Shown piece after piece: positions 40,805 through 52,839 of a DNA stretch of 63,977 nt. How positions within the stretch are numbered: the first letter of the stretch is position 1; every line of letters starts with the position of its first letter. The stretch is from assembly GCF_001194135.2 (NCBI RefSeq), contig NC_068990.1, forward strand, positions 67,608,032 to 67,672,008, given 5' to 3'. Origin of the DNA: Octopus bimaculoides (lineage: Eukaryota). The position numbers were made by a program, and so were the translations under genes. The notes under the pieces are model-generated. The model worked only from the letters and a program-made list of their open reading frames with translations. It was not told where the DNA came from and made no database searches.

Positions 40805-41014
40805 CCTTTCTGCTATAAACACAAGGCTTGAAATTTGGTGGGAGGGGCTATCTTAATTACATCGACTAACTACTCAACTGGTTCTTAATTTATTGACCCG
40901 AAGGGATGAAAGGCAAAGTCATCTTCGGTGGAATTTGAACTCAGAATGTAGAGATGGGCAAAACACTGTGAAGCATTTTGTCCAGCACGCCAATGATTCT
41001 GCAAGCTCGCCGCC

Positions 41015-41063
<49 letters not shown>

Positions 41064-41290
41064 TAATAATAATAATCCTTTCTTTTATAGGCACAAGACA
41101 TGAAATTTTGGGGGAGGGGGCCAGTCAATTAGATCGACCTCAGTATACAAGTGGTACTTAATTTTTCGACCACAAAAGGGTGAAAAGCAAAAATCGACCT
41201 CGGTGGAATTTGAACTCAGAACGTACAGACGAACTAAATACTGCTAAGCATTTTGCCCACCATGCTAATGATTCTGCCAACTTGCCAACT

Positions 41291-41336
<46 letters not shown>

Positions 41337-43320
41337 GTCAAAAATAATGATAATGAATTGATTCAAATTATGGGTCAAAAGCAATAATTTCAGAAGGCAG
41401 GAGTTAGTTGACGCCCAGAACATGACTGGTACTTATGTTATCGACTCTGAAAGGATGAAAAGTAAAGTTAACTTCAGTGGAATTTGAACTTAAAATGTAA
41501 ATCCAGAAGAAATACCACTGAGAATTTTGTTCAGCTTGGTAATAATTCTGCCAGTTCACCACCTCAATAATAATAACCTTTTCTACAATAGGCACAAGGC
41601 TTGAAATTTTGGGGGAGGGGTTAAGTTAATTACATCAACCCCAGTTTTCAAGTGTTACTTACTTTATCAACTCTGAAAGGATGAAAGGCAAAGTTAACCT
41701 TGGCAGAATTTGAAATCATAACAAGAAGACGGAAGAAATTCTGCTAGCCATTTTACCTGGCATGATAACAGTTCTGCCAGCTCACCACCTTACTGAAAAT
41801 AATAATAACAATAACAATTTCTATGACAGATACAAAACCACAAATTTGGTGCGGACGGTTTAGTTGATTAAAGTTACCACAGTATGTGTCTTCCATAATT
41901 TTAACATTTACTTTCCCATTCTTACATGAGTCAGAAAAATTTTGTGAGGCAGATTTTCTATATAGCTGGATGCTCTTCTTGTCACCAACTATCATTTGCT
42001 CCCAAGCAAGAAGCATTTTGCCTAATCCTTTGAACAGTACATTGACCAGTACAATGAACAGTACATTAACCAGACACATTCCCAAAGGAGGTTGCAAATT
42101 GATGACAAGGAGTTTATTTATATTGTATATATTTATAGAGTTTGTTTATAGTGTGCTGTGTTAGGGCAAGAAGACATGGTCAAACACACACATTTTCTTG
42201 TGTACAACTGTGTGTGTGTGTGTGTGTGTGTGCAATAGGCTTAATTCAATTTCCAACAACCAGATTTACTCATAAGGCTTCAGTTGAGCAAGAGCCATAG
42301 AAGCATTTCATCCAACACATGAGCCAGCAAGTTTGCAACCCTAATAATAATAAAAATAAATAACAATAACAATAATAATAATAATAATAATCCTTTCTAC
42401 TGGAGGCACAAGGCCTCAAATTTTGAGGAAAGGATTAAGTCAATTACACTGACCCCAGTGCATAACTGGTTCTTATGTAATCAACCCCAAAAGGATTACA
42501 GGCCAAGTTGACCCTGGTGGAATTTGAACTCAGAACATAGCAGACGAAATACTGCTGAGCATTTGACCCAGTGTGCTAACGATTCTGCCAGTTCGATGCC
42601 TTAATAATAATAATAACAATAATAATAAAAATCTTTTCTACTATAGGCACAAGGCCTGGATTTTTGTGGGGAAGGGGACAATTCATCGCAATGACCCCAG
42701 TATCTGATTGGTACTTATTTAATCGCTCCCAAAAGGATGAAAGGTGAAGTCGATTTCAGTGGAATTTGAACTCAAAACATAGCGACAGATGGAATACTGC
42801 TAAGCATTTCAGCTAGTGTGCTAACAATTTTGCCAGCTTGCTGCCTTAATAATAATAATAATAATAATAATAATGATGATGATGATAATAACAATAATCA
42901 TATCTTCTAAAGTCACAGTGCCTGAAATTTGTGGAGGGACTAGTTGATTACATCAACCCCAGTGCTTCACTGGTACTTAATTTATTGACCCTGAAAGGAT
43001 GAAAGCAAAATCAACCTCAGTAGAATTTGAACTCAAAACATAGTGACAGACGAAATGCTGCGAAGCATTTCACCTAGTGTGCTAACAATTTTGCCAGCTT
43101 GCAGCTTTAATATTATTATTATTATTAATAATAATAATAATAATAATTCACACGTAAGCAATGACTGTTGATGGTTTCATAAGTTGACACAAGGCCAGCG
43201 ATTTTTAGGGTAAAGGGGAAAGAGTAAATTGAGTGTAGAGTCCAAATACTTCTTATCTTATTGACCCCGCCCCAACATTCTAATGATTCTGCCAGCTTTC
43301 CACCTTATTAATAATAATAA
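39770..43320 (-). mobile_element. Large same-strand train of about 10 SINE A copies with (AAT)n spacers, containing nested F (40255-40772) and C2 (about 41905-42335) elements
   Basis: Units at about 39770-39985, 40031-40242, 40804-41016, 41076-41292, 41365-41566, 41577-41792, 42391-42602, 42631-42846, 42903-43108 and 43185-43306. Confidence 0.9.
40255..40772 (+). mobile_element. Family F element ending gcactgctctctcattg(AAT)n
   Basis: Aligns with the reverse complement of 9400-9890 and with 49561-49765. Confidence 0.8.
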
Positions 43321-43697
43321 TTTCTTCCATTCCCTAAATTATAATCATAATAATGATTATATGGTTTCTTTTCAAAGCCACTGAATTTATCCTCTGATCC
43401 AAGCACAAGATGTGCACCTACACATACATACATACACACAAACACACACACACACATGCAAGCATGCACTCACAGAGGCACTCACATACACGCACACATA
43501 TACATTCACCAACACATACATAGACACATTGACCAAGCCATCCCACCATAAAATTATTTCTCTCTTTAGTCACAAATTTCACTAAATTACCAAACCTCAG
43601 ACATAATAAACATAGGTAACTGATTTCTAACATGTGATTATTTATTCATTCATTTACTTACTTTATATCATAATTTGTGATATAAAATGAATAAATG

Positions 43698-43810
43698 ACC
43701 TCGTGGTTAGGATGTCACACTCACAATCACCAAATCGAGGGTTTGATTCCGAGACTGGGTGGCATATTGTGTTATTGAAAATACCACTTCATTTCAAGTT
43801 CCTCTATTGG
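43698..43810 (+). mobile_element. SINE H-type head fragment
   Basis: cgtggttaggatg...gggtttgattccgagactggg. Confidence 0.55.
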
Positions 43811-44264
43811 TGTATAGGGACCAGCATGTCAGAGAATAAACTTATCGTTTTCTCTGAATGTTGTAAAAGGCAACTAAAAGAGGTTGAGGTAGGATATGAA
43901 CTCCAGCCTCATAAATCTCTCACCAGCAACAACTACACAAACAGACCGACGCATTGAGGGTAGTTGTCTGAATGGTGGAAAGGTATCATATACCAGGAAT
44001 AGGGAATTGCCAAGAAATAGTGATACACTGTTTCAGCACATGCTCCAGACTACTACTACAATTTGTGAACAATAGTGTCTTTGGCTTCATGTTTTTAATG
44101 GAGTAATCACTTGTTCAGTTCGTTTCTGATTGTCAGAGAATGGCAATGGAGTGAATATTCGCTAGATGCAAGGTACTTTTGTTTGTGAAGTATATCCACT
44201 TAACATAAATCAGAGAATACACAAATACATACACACATGCATTCATATGTACGTACATGCATAC

Positions 44265-44435
44265 CAGTGGTTCTAAACTGTGGTCCATGGACTCCTGGTA
44301 GTCCGCAAAGGTAGTACTGGGGGGGGGGGGTCTGTGAACATGTTAAGCTGACAGACATTTCAATATCGTGGGATCCATGGGAAAACTCATTTAAATAAAA
44401 GAGGTCCTTGGTAGTGAAAAGGTCAGGAACCACTG
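44265..44435. mobile_element. hAT (Charlie-like) MITE, 171 bp
   Basis: Termini CAGTGGTTCTAAAC ... GTCAGGAACCACTG. Flanking 8-mers atgcatac / atatatat match 5/8 and all differences are transitions. Confidence 0.75.
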
Positions 44436-44734
44436 ATATATATCATCGATTATTGCTCTTTTACATACATGTCCACTGTTTCCTCCCTTTTTTATTTTTT
44501 AATCCTCCCCATAAAACAATAGTGCCATCTGGTTTTTAATATGTCATCCAATTTTTCCCTCTCACTGACTATTCTTGTTCTTCGCTCTCTCTTTCTTTTG
44601 ATGAAGGACTAATGTTCAAAATGTAAGCACACATTTTCTTACCACTTATGTGACAACCTAATACCATATTTGTGAAACCTTGTCTCCCCTGTGTTTTTTC
44701 TTCGTTGATCTTTGTTTTTAGACTATATTCTTTT

Positions 44735-44910
44735 ATACATTTCAGTCATTTGACTGTGACCATGCTGTAGCAGCACCTTCAAATTTGCTTTTAGTTGAAC
44801 AAATCGACCCCAGGACATTTTTTTAAAACCTAGTACTAAGTTTCAGTGACGTAAACACAACAACATCAGTTGTCAAGCAGTGATGGGGAGACAGACACAC
44901 AGACAGAGAC
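44735..44910 (-). mobile_element. SINE C1 tail fragment
   Basis: cagtcatttgactgtgaccatgctg...aaatcgaccccaggac...gttgtcaagcagtgatgggg. Confidence 0.75.
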
Positions 44911-45026
44911 ATAAATATATACATATATATCTGTACAGATTAATTCTTCTATTTACATAATATCGAGGTCTCATTCATTTTTTTGTTGTCATACTATTAC
45001 AATTAATACATACATATATATGTATT

Positions 45027-45167
<141 letters not shown>

Positions 45168-45180
45168 GAAAATAAAAAAT

Positions 45181-45795
45181 AATAATAATAAGGCAGAATG
45201 CTAAACTGAGAGCATATTTTAATATAGATGTGTATAAGGAGGATTAAAAAGGATTTCTAACTGGCTTTCATTGCATGGCAAATTTTCAAGAAGAGGGAAA
45301 ATAAAAATGTTTTTCACAAAAAGATAAAAAAATATATAAAAAAATAAATATACCAATACATTATATTGCCTTTGAGTTTTTGAAGTTCAATGGTAATAAA
45401 TGTAGATAATTGTTAGAAAGATTGGGATGCATGTAATTAAGAATGGTGTTGTGTTTAGAAAAGGCTGAGAGTTTGTGTTAAACAGGAAGTGTGGTGTCAA
45501 AACAGGAAGTGTGTGTAAGGGAAGATAATTCTGTTGGTGTTATACTGTGGGTGTGTAAGGGAAGATAATTCTGTGGGTTTTAGTTGGAGTTTTGGACTCT
45601 TTGTCAACAGGAAGTTTATGTCTGTTCTTAGAGAAACAAGAAGTAAATTTATATGTATTTTATTTTCTTGTAAAAAACATTTTCATTTTTCCTCTTCTTG
45701 AAAATTTGCCATGCAATGGAAGCCAGTTAGAAATCCTTTTTAATCCACCTTATGCACATCTATACTAAAATATGCTTTCAGTTTAGCATTCTGCC

Positions 45796-45806
<11 letters not shown>
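45181..45806. mobile_element. Foldback-like element: ~160-bp inverted arms (45181-45340 / about 45648-45806) around a ~300-bp spacer
   Basis: Left aataataataaggcagaatgctaaactgagagcatatttt...caagaagagggaaaataaaaatg vs reverse complement of right aataataataaggcagaatgctaaactgaaagcatatttt...caagaagaggaaaaatgaaaatg; roughly 90% identical by eye. Confidence 0.85.
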
Positions 45807-45830
<24 letters not shown>

Positions 45831-45904
45831 TATTTTACTATTATTTCTCCACGTGCGGTTAACACAACTCCACCATTTACTGACATAATATATGTATGTT
45901 TGTA

Positions 45905-46070
45905 TGTATATGCAACGGGCTTCTTTTACTTTCTGTCTACCAAATCCCTTCACAAGGTTTTGGTCAGCCCAGAAGGTTATAGAAGAAGACACTTGCCGAA
46001 GGTGCCACACAGTGGGACTGAACCTGGAGCCATGTGGTTCAGAAGTAAGCTTCTTACCACACAACCATGT
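45905..46070 (-). mobile_element. SINE C head (tRNA region up to the microsatellite)
   Basis: aacgggcttctttt...gacacttgccgaaggtgccacacagtgggactgaacctgg. Confidence 0.8.
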
Positions 46071-46071
46071 C

Positions 46072-46114
<43 letters not shown>

Positions 46115-46394
46115 CATGTTATACTGGATTCAGGTTCAGTAGAAGAAAACAGTCTAAATCCTTGTCAGAAACAGGATATGGACTGGCTAGCTTGTAATGG
46201 CTTGGAGTCATAATACATATAATAATGATAATGTTATACTAAATAATTTGACTTTACTATTATAGACATGTAAATGTATGTGTACATATGTGTGTGTGTG
46301 TATATGTATGCATGTATAAATGTGTGTATATTTATATATGTATAAATGTGTATAAGTTTATATATAGGCATAAATGTGAGTATATATACATATA

Positions 46395-46622
46395 CAGGGT
46401 TGGCCAAAACTAAACCAAGACCAATAAATTCCAAGATTAAAACAGAGAATTATTTTATATGAGACTTCACTAATAAACAGACAAATGTTGAAAGAAAAAT
46501 GGTGATATTTAACTTACAGCATTCAATTATTAAACATTTATAATTTGAATGAATAAATAAAATTGGATATTAAATACTTATGGAATTTTAATTTACTCTT
46601 AGGTGACTTTTGGCCAAACCTG
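46395..46622. mobile_element. Tc1/mariner-type MITE, 228 bp
   Basis: TA|CAGGGTTGGCCAAAA ... TTTTGGCCAAACCTG|TA: 15-bp TIR with one mismatch and a TA target duplication. Confidence 0.85.
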
Positions 46623-46695
46623 TATATGTATGTATAACTGTGCGTATATATATACATATGTATAAATGTGTAAATATATATAGGTATAAATGTGA

Positions 46696-46764
<69 letters not shown>

Positions 46765-46794
46765 CGAGTATATACAAGTATATCATCATTTTTG

Positions 46795-47285
46795 TAATCA
46801 TTTTAATGTCCATTTATTCCTGGTTGCACAGGTCAGACAAAAACCATTGAATTAGATTTTGTGTTATAGACGGTCTTCCTGATGCCAGCTCCCACATATT
46901 TCCAAGCAAGTAAATATTTCCTTTGGTCAATAGAACTCAAGCCTTACTATGATCAAAGATGTTTGCACAGAGCATTGCAAATAAACAACAATACTTTTAA
47001 TGATTATGAAGTTGGTTTACAATAAACATGTGATATTAAAACAATAGAGATGAGCACACACACACACACACACACACATACATGCACATTCATGCACACA
47101 AAATTACACAAACAAATATGCACATATGTTTATTAATTGTTAATGCAATGCATTATTTCAATTTCCATCTACTAAATGCACTCACAAAGCTTTGGTTAGC
47201 TAGCGGCTGTACTACAGGACTTTTATCCAAGTATGTCATGCAGTTAAACTGAACTTGAAGTTACATGGTTGTGCAGTGAAACACA
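46795..47285 (-). mobile_element. SINE C2 (C head + (CA)n + D' tail), degenerate
   Basis: tttaatgtccattt...cttcctgatgccagc...ttccaagcaagtaaatatttcc tail, (CA)n, then gcactcacaaagctttggt head. Confidence 0.65.
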
Positions 47286-47299
47286 CACACACACGCACA

Positions 47300-47366
<67 letters not shown>

Positions 47367-47924
47367 GCACACACACACATGCACATGACAGACTTTTGTG
47401 CTGTTTCCATTGGTCAAATTGTGTTCACACGGTATTTTTCAACCCAAAGCTATAATACAAGTCATATGTGGAAATGTCCCAAAGAGGAACTAAAGCCAGC
47501 ATAGAGTCATATTTGTGTCTAGGCTATCCATATTCTATTCATATATTATACTTGTGCCTACACTGTCCATTTAACAACCATACTGCTTTTGACTTTGCCT
47601 CCTAAACTTCCAGACAAAATATAAGCCAAACAGCAAACTGGATGGGTTATTTACAGAGTTGTATGAAGCAAATAGTAATGATGCCAGAAGAGAGCTTTCT
47701 TTTGTGCTGCACCTCTATGTCATTAGTGAGCAAGCAGAGCTGTATGAGAAAAACTAACAAAATAGACTACTCAGAGATGCCATTTGAAAATGAAAAAATA
47801 ACAGTAGAGTTAGAGTCAAAATGATGCAATGAAGAAATAAAAAAATTAATAATAGTAATTATGAGGCCTTGTGCTAAAATCAGAAACAATTATTAATATC
47901 ATTATGTTATTATTATTAATAGAA

Positions 47925-48470
47925 ATACCACCAAGCTCAACTTTGCCTTTCATTCTCTTGAGGTTGATAAAAATTAAGTATCAGTCAATGCACTGGGATC
48001 AATGACATTAACTAATCCCCTCTCCTCAGAACTGCTGGCCTTGTACTTTAAATCAGAAATCCTACGCTCATGCTTTAAAACCCTTTCATCTCCTAGTATA
48101 AATCTATCTCCATCTTTATCATAGTCCTTCTCAGTGGATGTTAGTCTTGCAAAATTCGTAGTTACCTCATTAGTGTTGGTGCCATATGAAAAGCCTTCAG
48201 TCCACACTGTAAAGTGGTTGGTGTTAGGAAGGGCATCCAGTAACAGAAAGTAAGCCAAAGCAGACACTGAAACATGAGGGGGTTTCTGAAACACTGGGCC
48301 CTGTCAAACCATTCAACCCATGCCAGTATGGATCATAAAGTTTAGATGCTGATGAATCAATTCCTACTAAGGTTAGTTTTGCCCATATTCCTTTTAGTGT
48401 TGATAAAGTTCAGTACAATTCAAGTACAGTGGGACCTCAAAAGAATGAAAGGCAAAGTTGAGCTTGGTAG
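47925..48470. mobile_element. Mixed cluster: SINE A (+, 47925-48060), D (+, 48160-48350), A (-, 48360-48470)
   Basis: ttgcctttcattc; ggttggtgttaggaagggcatccag; gaatgaaaggcaaagttg. Confidence 0.65.
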
Positions 48471-49074
48471 TCTTACTATTATTAATTTGTTTATTTCTTC
48501 ATTGCATCATTTTGAATCTCATCATGAACAGATTAGTTTACAACCAATCTTTTGAACATAAAACAACTCAGGTGATGAACAACATCTCGAGTAATGAACA
48601 TGCAAATCAGCAACAACAATTGGGAGAATGCTGGGAGTATTGGCAGGAGAGCATCAGTTGTCTAACTTTTGTTCAGTGCACATGCCTGCTTGAATTCGCG
48701 GTGCCTTCTCCTGAATTTCCTATGGAAAAAATAGGTTCAGTTTACAAACATTTTGGATGACATTTTGGCCTTCAGGAATGAATTAAATTTGTAGACCGAA
48801 GTTCTGTTGTACCGAGTTGAATGGCTTCAATTGAACATTCTTCCTCAAAATTGCAAACCTTGTGTTCAAATCAAAAACTTTTATTATTGAGTTAATTGAA
48901 TAAACTCCAGTTTGTTACTGCTGTTTATTTTAATGAAGTTAGTCTTGGCGAGAATAGAATGCAGAAAGTAAAGAAACATGGTTAAATACTAGAAGGGATT
49001 TAGGAAAACATTTAGGAAATTAATGACATTCTGCTTAAGTGAATAGAAATACAGATATCTCTCAACACCATCGT

Positions 49075-50467
49075 TATCATCATCATTTAACATTTGTTTT
49101 CCATGCTTGCATGGGTTAAATGGTTTGACCGAGTTGGTAAGCTGGAGAGCTGCACCAGGGTCCAGTTGTTTATTTTGTCTTGGTTTCTAAGGCTGGATGT
49201 CTCTACTCTACAGAGTGTACTGGGTGTCTTATACATGTCACCATCATGGGTGCCATTCCTGTGTCACTGGCATTGGCCACGACCATGATTTCACTTAGCT
49301 TGACATGTTTTCTAAAGCACAGCAAATAACCAAAATACACAGTCAATAGTGAAGCATGTTTTATACTACAAGGGTGAAGAGAAGTCTGATGTTTTAGGCA
49401 GAAACCCCAAAGTTCATAAGTGGAATTTGAACTCAGAACATATAGACATACAAAATGCCACTAAGCATTTTGCCCAGTCTTCTAACAATTATGCCAACTC
49501 ACTGCCTTAATAACAATAACAATAATAATAATGATAATAATAATGACAATAATAATAATAGCGAGATGGGCTACTCGGCCTGAAGAAAATTCTAACAGGA
49601 CGCCACCTACAGAGTCATGCATTGCTCATCTTGGTATGAGATCACTATGTCACACACATATGGTTGGGATGCATGTGCCTGGTGTAGTCACTGGGTATTT
49701 TGGGCTTCACATATTTGTATCACAGTGTTATTTTGATGACATGTGTTGCTCTCTCACTCAATCATAATAATAATAACAATAATAATAATGCTTTTCATAT
49801 GGGCACAAGGCCTGAAATTTGAGGTAAATGGCTAGTCAATAACTAGCTAGACAACACTAACCTCCCCCACCTACCAGCACTTGGCTGGCACTTTATCAAC
49901 CCCAAATTTTCTTCGGGTTGAGTAGCCCATCCCACTATTTCAAGAAATGCTGCTGAGCTTTTTGTCCCATTAGCAATTCTGTTAGCTTGCCACCTTAATG
50001 ATAACGACGATGATGATGATGATTGTTTTAAGTTTTGTCACAACTGCTTCAAATTTTAAGGGAAGTGGATGAAAAGCAAAATTGACCTCAACAGTAATTA
50101 GAACCAGAAGAAATGCTGCTATGCATAATAATAATAATGATAATGAAAATAATAATCCTTTCTACTATAGACACAAGGCCTGAAATTTCGCAGGAGAGAA
50201 TAGTTGATTACATTCATCCCAGTGCTTGATTGGTAATTTTTTCATTGATACCGAAATGAATTAAAGACAAAGTTGACTGTGCCAGAATTTAATAATAATA
50301 ATAATAATAAATAATGATGAAAATAATAATAATGATCCTTTCTACTATAGGCACAAGGGGCCTGAAATTTTGGGGGAGTGAGTAAGTCGATCACATTGAC
50401 CTCAGTACTTGACTGGTACTTAATTTATTGACCCCAAAAGGATGAAAGGCAAAGTTGACCTCAGCGA

Positions 50468-50470
<3 letters not shown>
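49075..50470 (-). mobile_element. Cluster: D (49075-49310), SINE A copies (49400-49507, 49790-49996, 50020-50125, 50157-50290, 50336-50470) and a plus-strand partial F (49561-49765)
   Basis: Family motifs as above, separated by (AAT)n. Confidence 0.75.
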
Positions 50471-50515
<45 letters not shown>

Positions 50516-50667
50516 GCCTTTTTTTTTATTACTGCCAGAAGGGCAACAACTGTGATTAACATTACAGGGAGAGATTTACAAGTGTGAGGTTTTACAAAAA
50601 GACATCAATTAAATGGAATATGACAGCATACACAGCGAAGGTGCATAGATATGACAGTACAGTGAAG

Positions 50668-50990
50668 ATGCATGGCTTAGTGGTTTGTGTATTCAGTTCA
50701 TGATTGCAGGATCATAAGTTTGATACCAGTGGTGCATTGTGTCCTTGAGCAAGACTCTTTATCTCACATTGCTCCAGTACACTCACCTGGAAAAAATGAG
50801 TGGTAGTTGTATTTCAAAGAGCCTGCCTCGTCACATTCTGTGAAATGTTGAATCTCCCTGGGAACTACATTAAGGGCATGCATATCTGTGGAGTGCTCAA
50901 CCACTTGCACACTAATTTTCACAAGCAGGCCATTTCATTGACTGGATCAACTGGAACCCCCGTCATCATAACCAACAGAGTGCTAGTAGT
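50668..50990 (+). mobile_element. SINE family J (H-type head and core + third tail type)
   Basis: tggcttagtgg A box, agtttgatacc B box, gtgtccttgagcaagac...ttgctccagtacactc...aaatgagt, then a unique tail ending ggaacccccgtcatc. Confidence 0.7.
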
Positions 50991-51099
50991 TACAATATAA
51001 AATATAATATATAGTCTCACATAGAGAGAAAACAGAAAAATCCCTAAAAAGTAGTAGAATAGTGCTGGTTAATATGCATTTTATTTAATTAGAGGAAAA

Positions 51100-51680
51100 T
51101 GGCTCTGTGTTATTTTTTTTACCTGCTGGATCTGGGAGAGAGCCAGTGCCATTGGTTTATGCATGCCCTCCTTGATAGTGAAATGCATGTCTTTAATAAA
51201 CCTCTTGAGCCTTTGAAAGTCAATACCTGCAGGGAAGATGTGAAAAGGAAGGGAATTCCAGTGGTGGACAATACTCTGAGAAGAAAGGCCCTGGTGTAAT
51301 GGTTAGTGCCAGTCCCTGGGGAAGGACAGTGTTTGGACACAGTGAGTATGATGGTAGAAAATTGAATGAAATCAGAGTAGCTGAATGATGTTCACTTGAG
51401 CCAAACCAGGTCTGACAAGCAGAAGCCATTATAGCAGTAGTAGAAAATTCAGGGAGGAGATACAGAATGTCTGTGAACCAGACGTTGGAGCACATCGATG
51501 AGAGGCTTTACATTAGTCAATCAGGTGGCCCTTTTTTTTTGGAAGCAGTCCACACTACCCATAAGCTTTGCAGAGGGTCACTGATGTGTGAGACTGATGC
51601 AACCAATGTGCTGCTCGTACATCTACAATTCAGTGTCTCCAGAAAAGGAAGTAATTGGGTAAAGAAATGGAATTTGATCT
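51100..51680 (-). mobile_element. Decayed CR1/L2/Jockey-group LINE, ORF2 C-terminus
   Basis: KRAT*LTNVKPLIDVLQRLVHRHSV...IFYYCYNGFCLSDL...TNHYTRAF...HWNSLPFHIFPAGIDFQRLKRFIK. Confidence 0.7.
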
Positions 51681-51894
51681 AAATTCTTGCAACAATGTGT
51701 TAACTATTCTAAAAACTCTGAAAGACCAGCTGATGGTATTAAACAGGATGGTGTACTAAGCCTACCACTCAATGTCTCAATGTTAAACTTAGGTTGATCA
51801 AAATGACTGGTAAGCCAACTAATCTTATTCAGTGCTAATCTTCCCTATATACATATACATATATAAATACATATATATATATATATAAAATAAA

Positions 51895-52145
51895 ATAAAT
51901 GCACCCTTTTAAAGTCTAGCCAGGCTCATAGGCCTGGTCTTCAGGTTTCAATGGCGTATGTGTTCTCCAGCTGGACAGGACGCCAGTCCATCACAGCATT
52001 ACTCATTTTTGCCAGCTGAGTGGACTGGAGCAATTTAAACTGAAGTGTTTTTCTCAAGAACACAACGCATCGCCCGATCCAGGAAATGAAACCACAACCT
52101 TACGATCATGATGCTGACACTCTAACCACTAAGCCACGAGCCTCC
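51895..52145 (-). mobile_element. Near-complete SINE family H with V/Meta-domain-like motif
   Basis: Reverse complement ggaggctcgtggcttagtggttag...gtgttcttgag...gctccagtccactcagctggcaaaaatgagtaatgctgtgatggactggcgtcctgtccag...aaaagggtgcattta. Confidence 0.8.
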
Positions 52146-52839
52146 ACTCATATATATATATATGTAAATATATATATATATATAGCATCGCCTTCATTCT
52201 TATCAATGCCATCACTCAAACATCAAGGCATCAATGCTATCACTCAAGCATCAAGGAATGATATCAGCAAGTATATGGGAGTACTGCACATCCTACACAT
52301 GTTAGGGGAATCTCATCTAATGCACAAATAATTTTGGGCTTGGTTTCTCTAGCTGGATGCACCTCCCTAACTATCTGTAGATCATATACATATCTAGTAT
52401 GTCTTTATTAGAATTAATAGCAATAATATTTGCAATTATAATATCTGTAGAAGTGGTAGTTATTGTAGTTATATGGAAGTTGTAGTAATAGTAGTAATAG
52501 TAATAATAAGATGAAATAACAATCATAATTATAACAAAGGTCATAATTGTTTACCATTGCAGTTGTTGCAATGGTAGTTGTTGTTGCCTAACAGCAAAGA
52601 GATTAATATGATATCAGTATTGCAAAGGGAAAACTAAGAAATTCCTTTGGCATAAGAACATAAAAGATTGAAAAAGAAAAAAAAAAAAAACAAGAAATTA
52701 CATGGAAACATGGACGTGGATGACACAGAAACAGAGGGATTAGAGAAAGGAAGGAAGTAATAGTTTTACTGTGATTGATACTGGAATAGTGGAGTCAATG
52801 AACAAATGAAGAATATAAAAGTAATTCAACGAATGATTT

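Noticed and set aside
39770-43320. CRISPR-like repeat-spacer appearance of the SINE trains
   Set aside because: Units are ~210-bp SINEs with microsatellite spacers in eukaryotic DNA; no cas genes and no unique spacers.
43940-44160. Plus-strand SCLNGG (EGF-like) and a near CQ-NG-WS (CCP-like) string
   Set aside because: Cysteine spacing is incomplete, two frameshifts are needed, and it is on the wrong strand for the gene.
48667-48719. Candidate 53-nt minus-strand exon after ttttttccatag
   Set aside because: Weak donor (A|GTTAGA) and no informative peptide.
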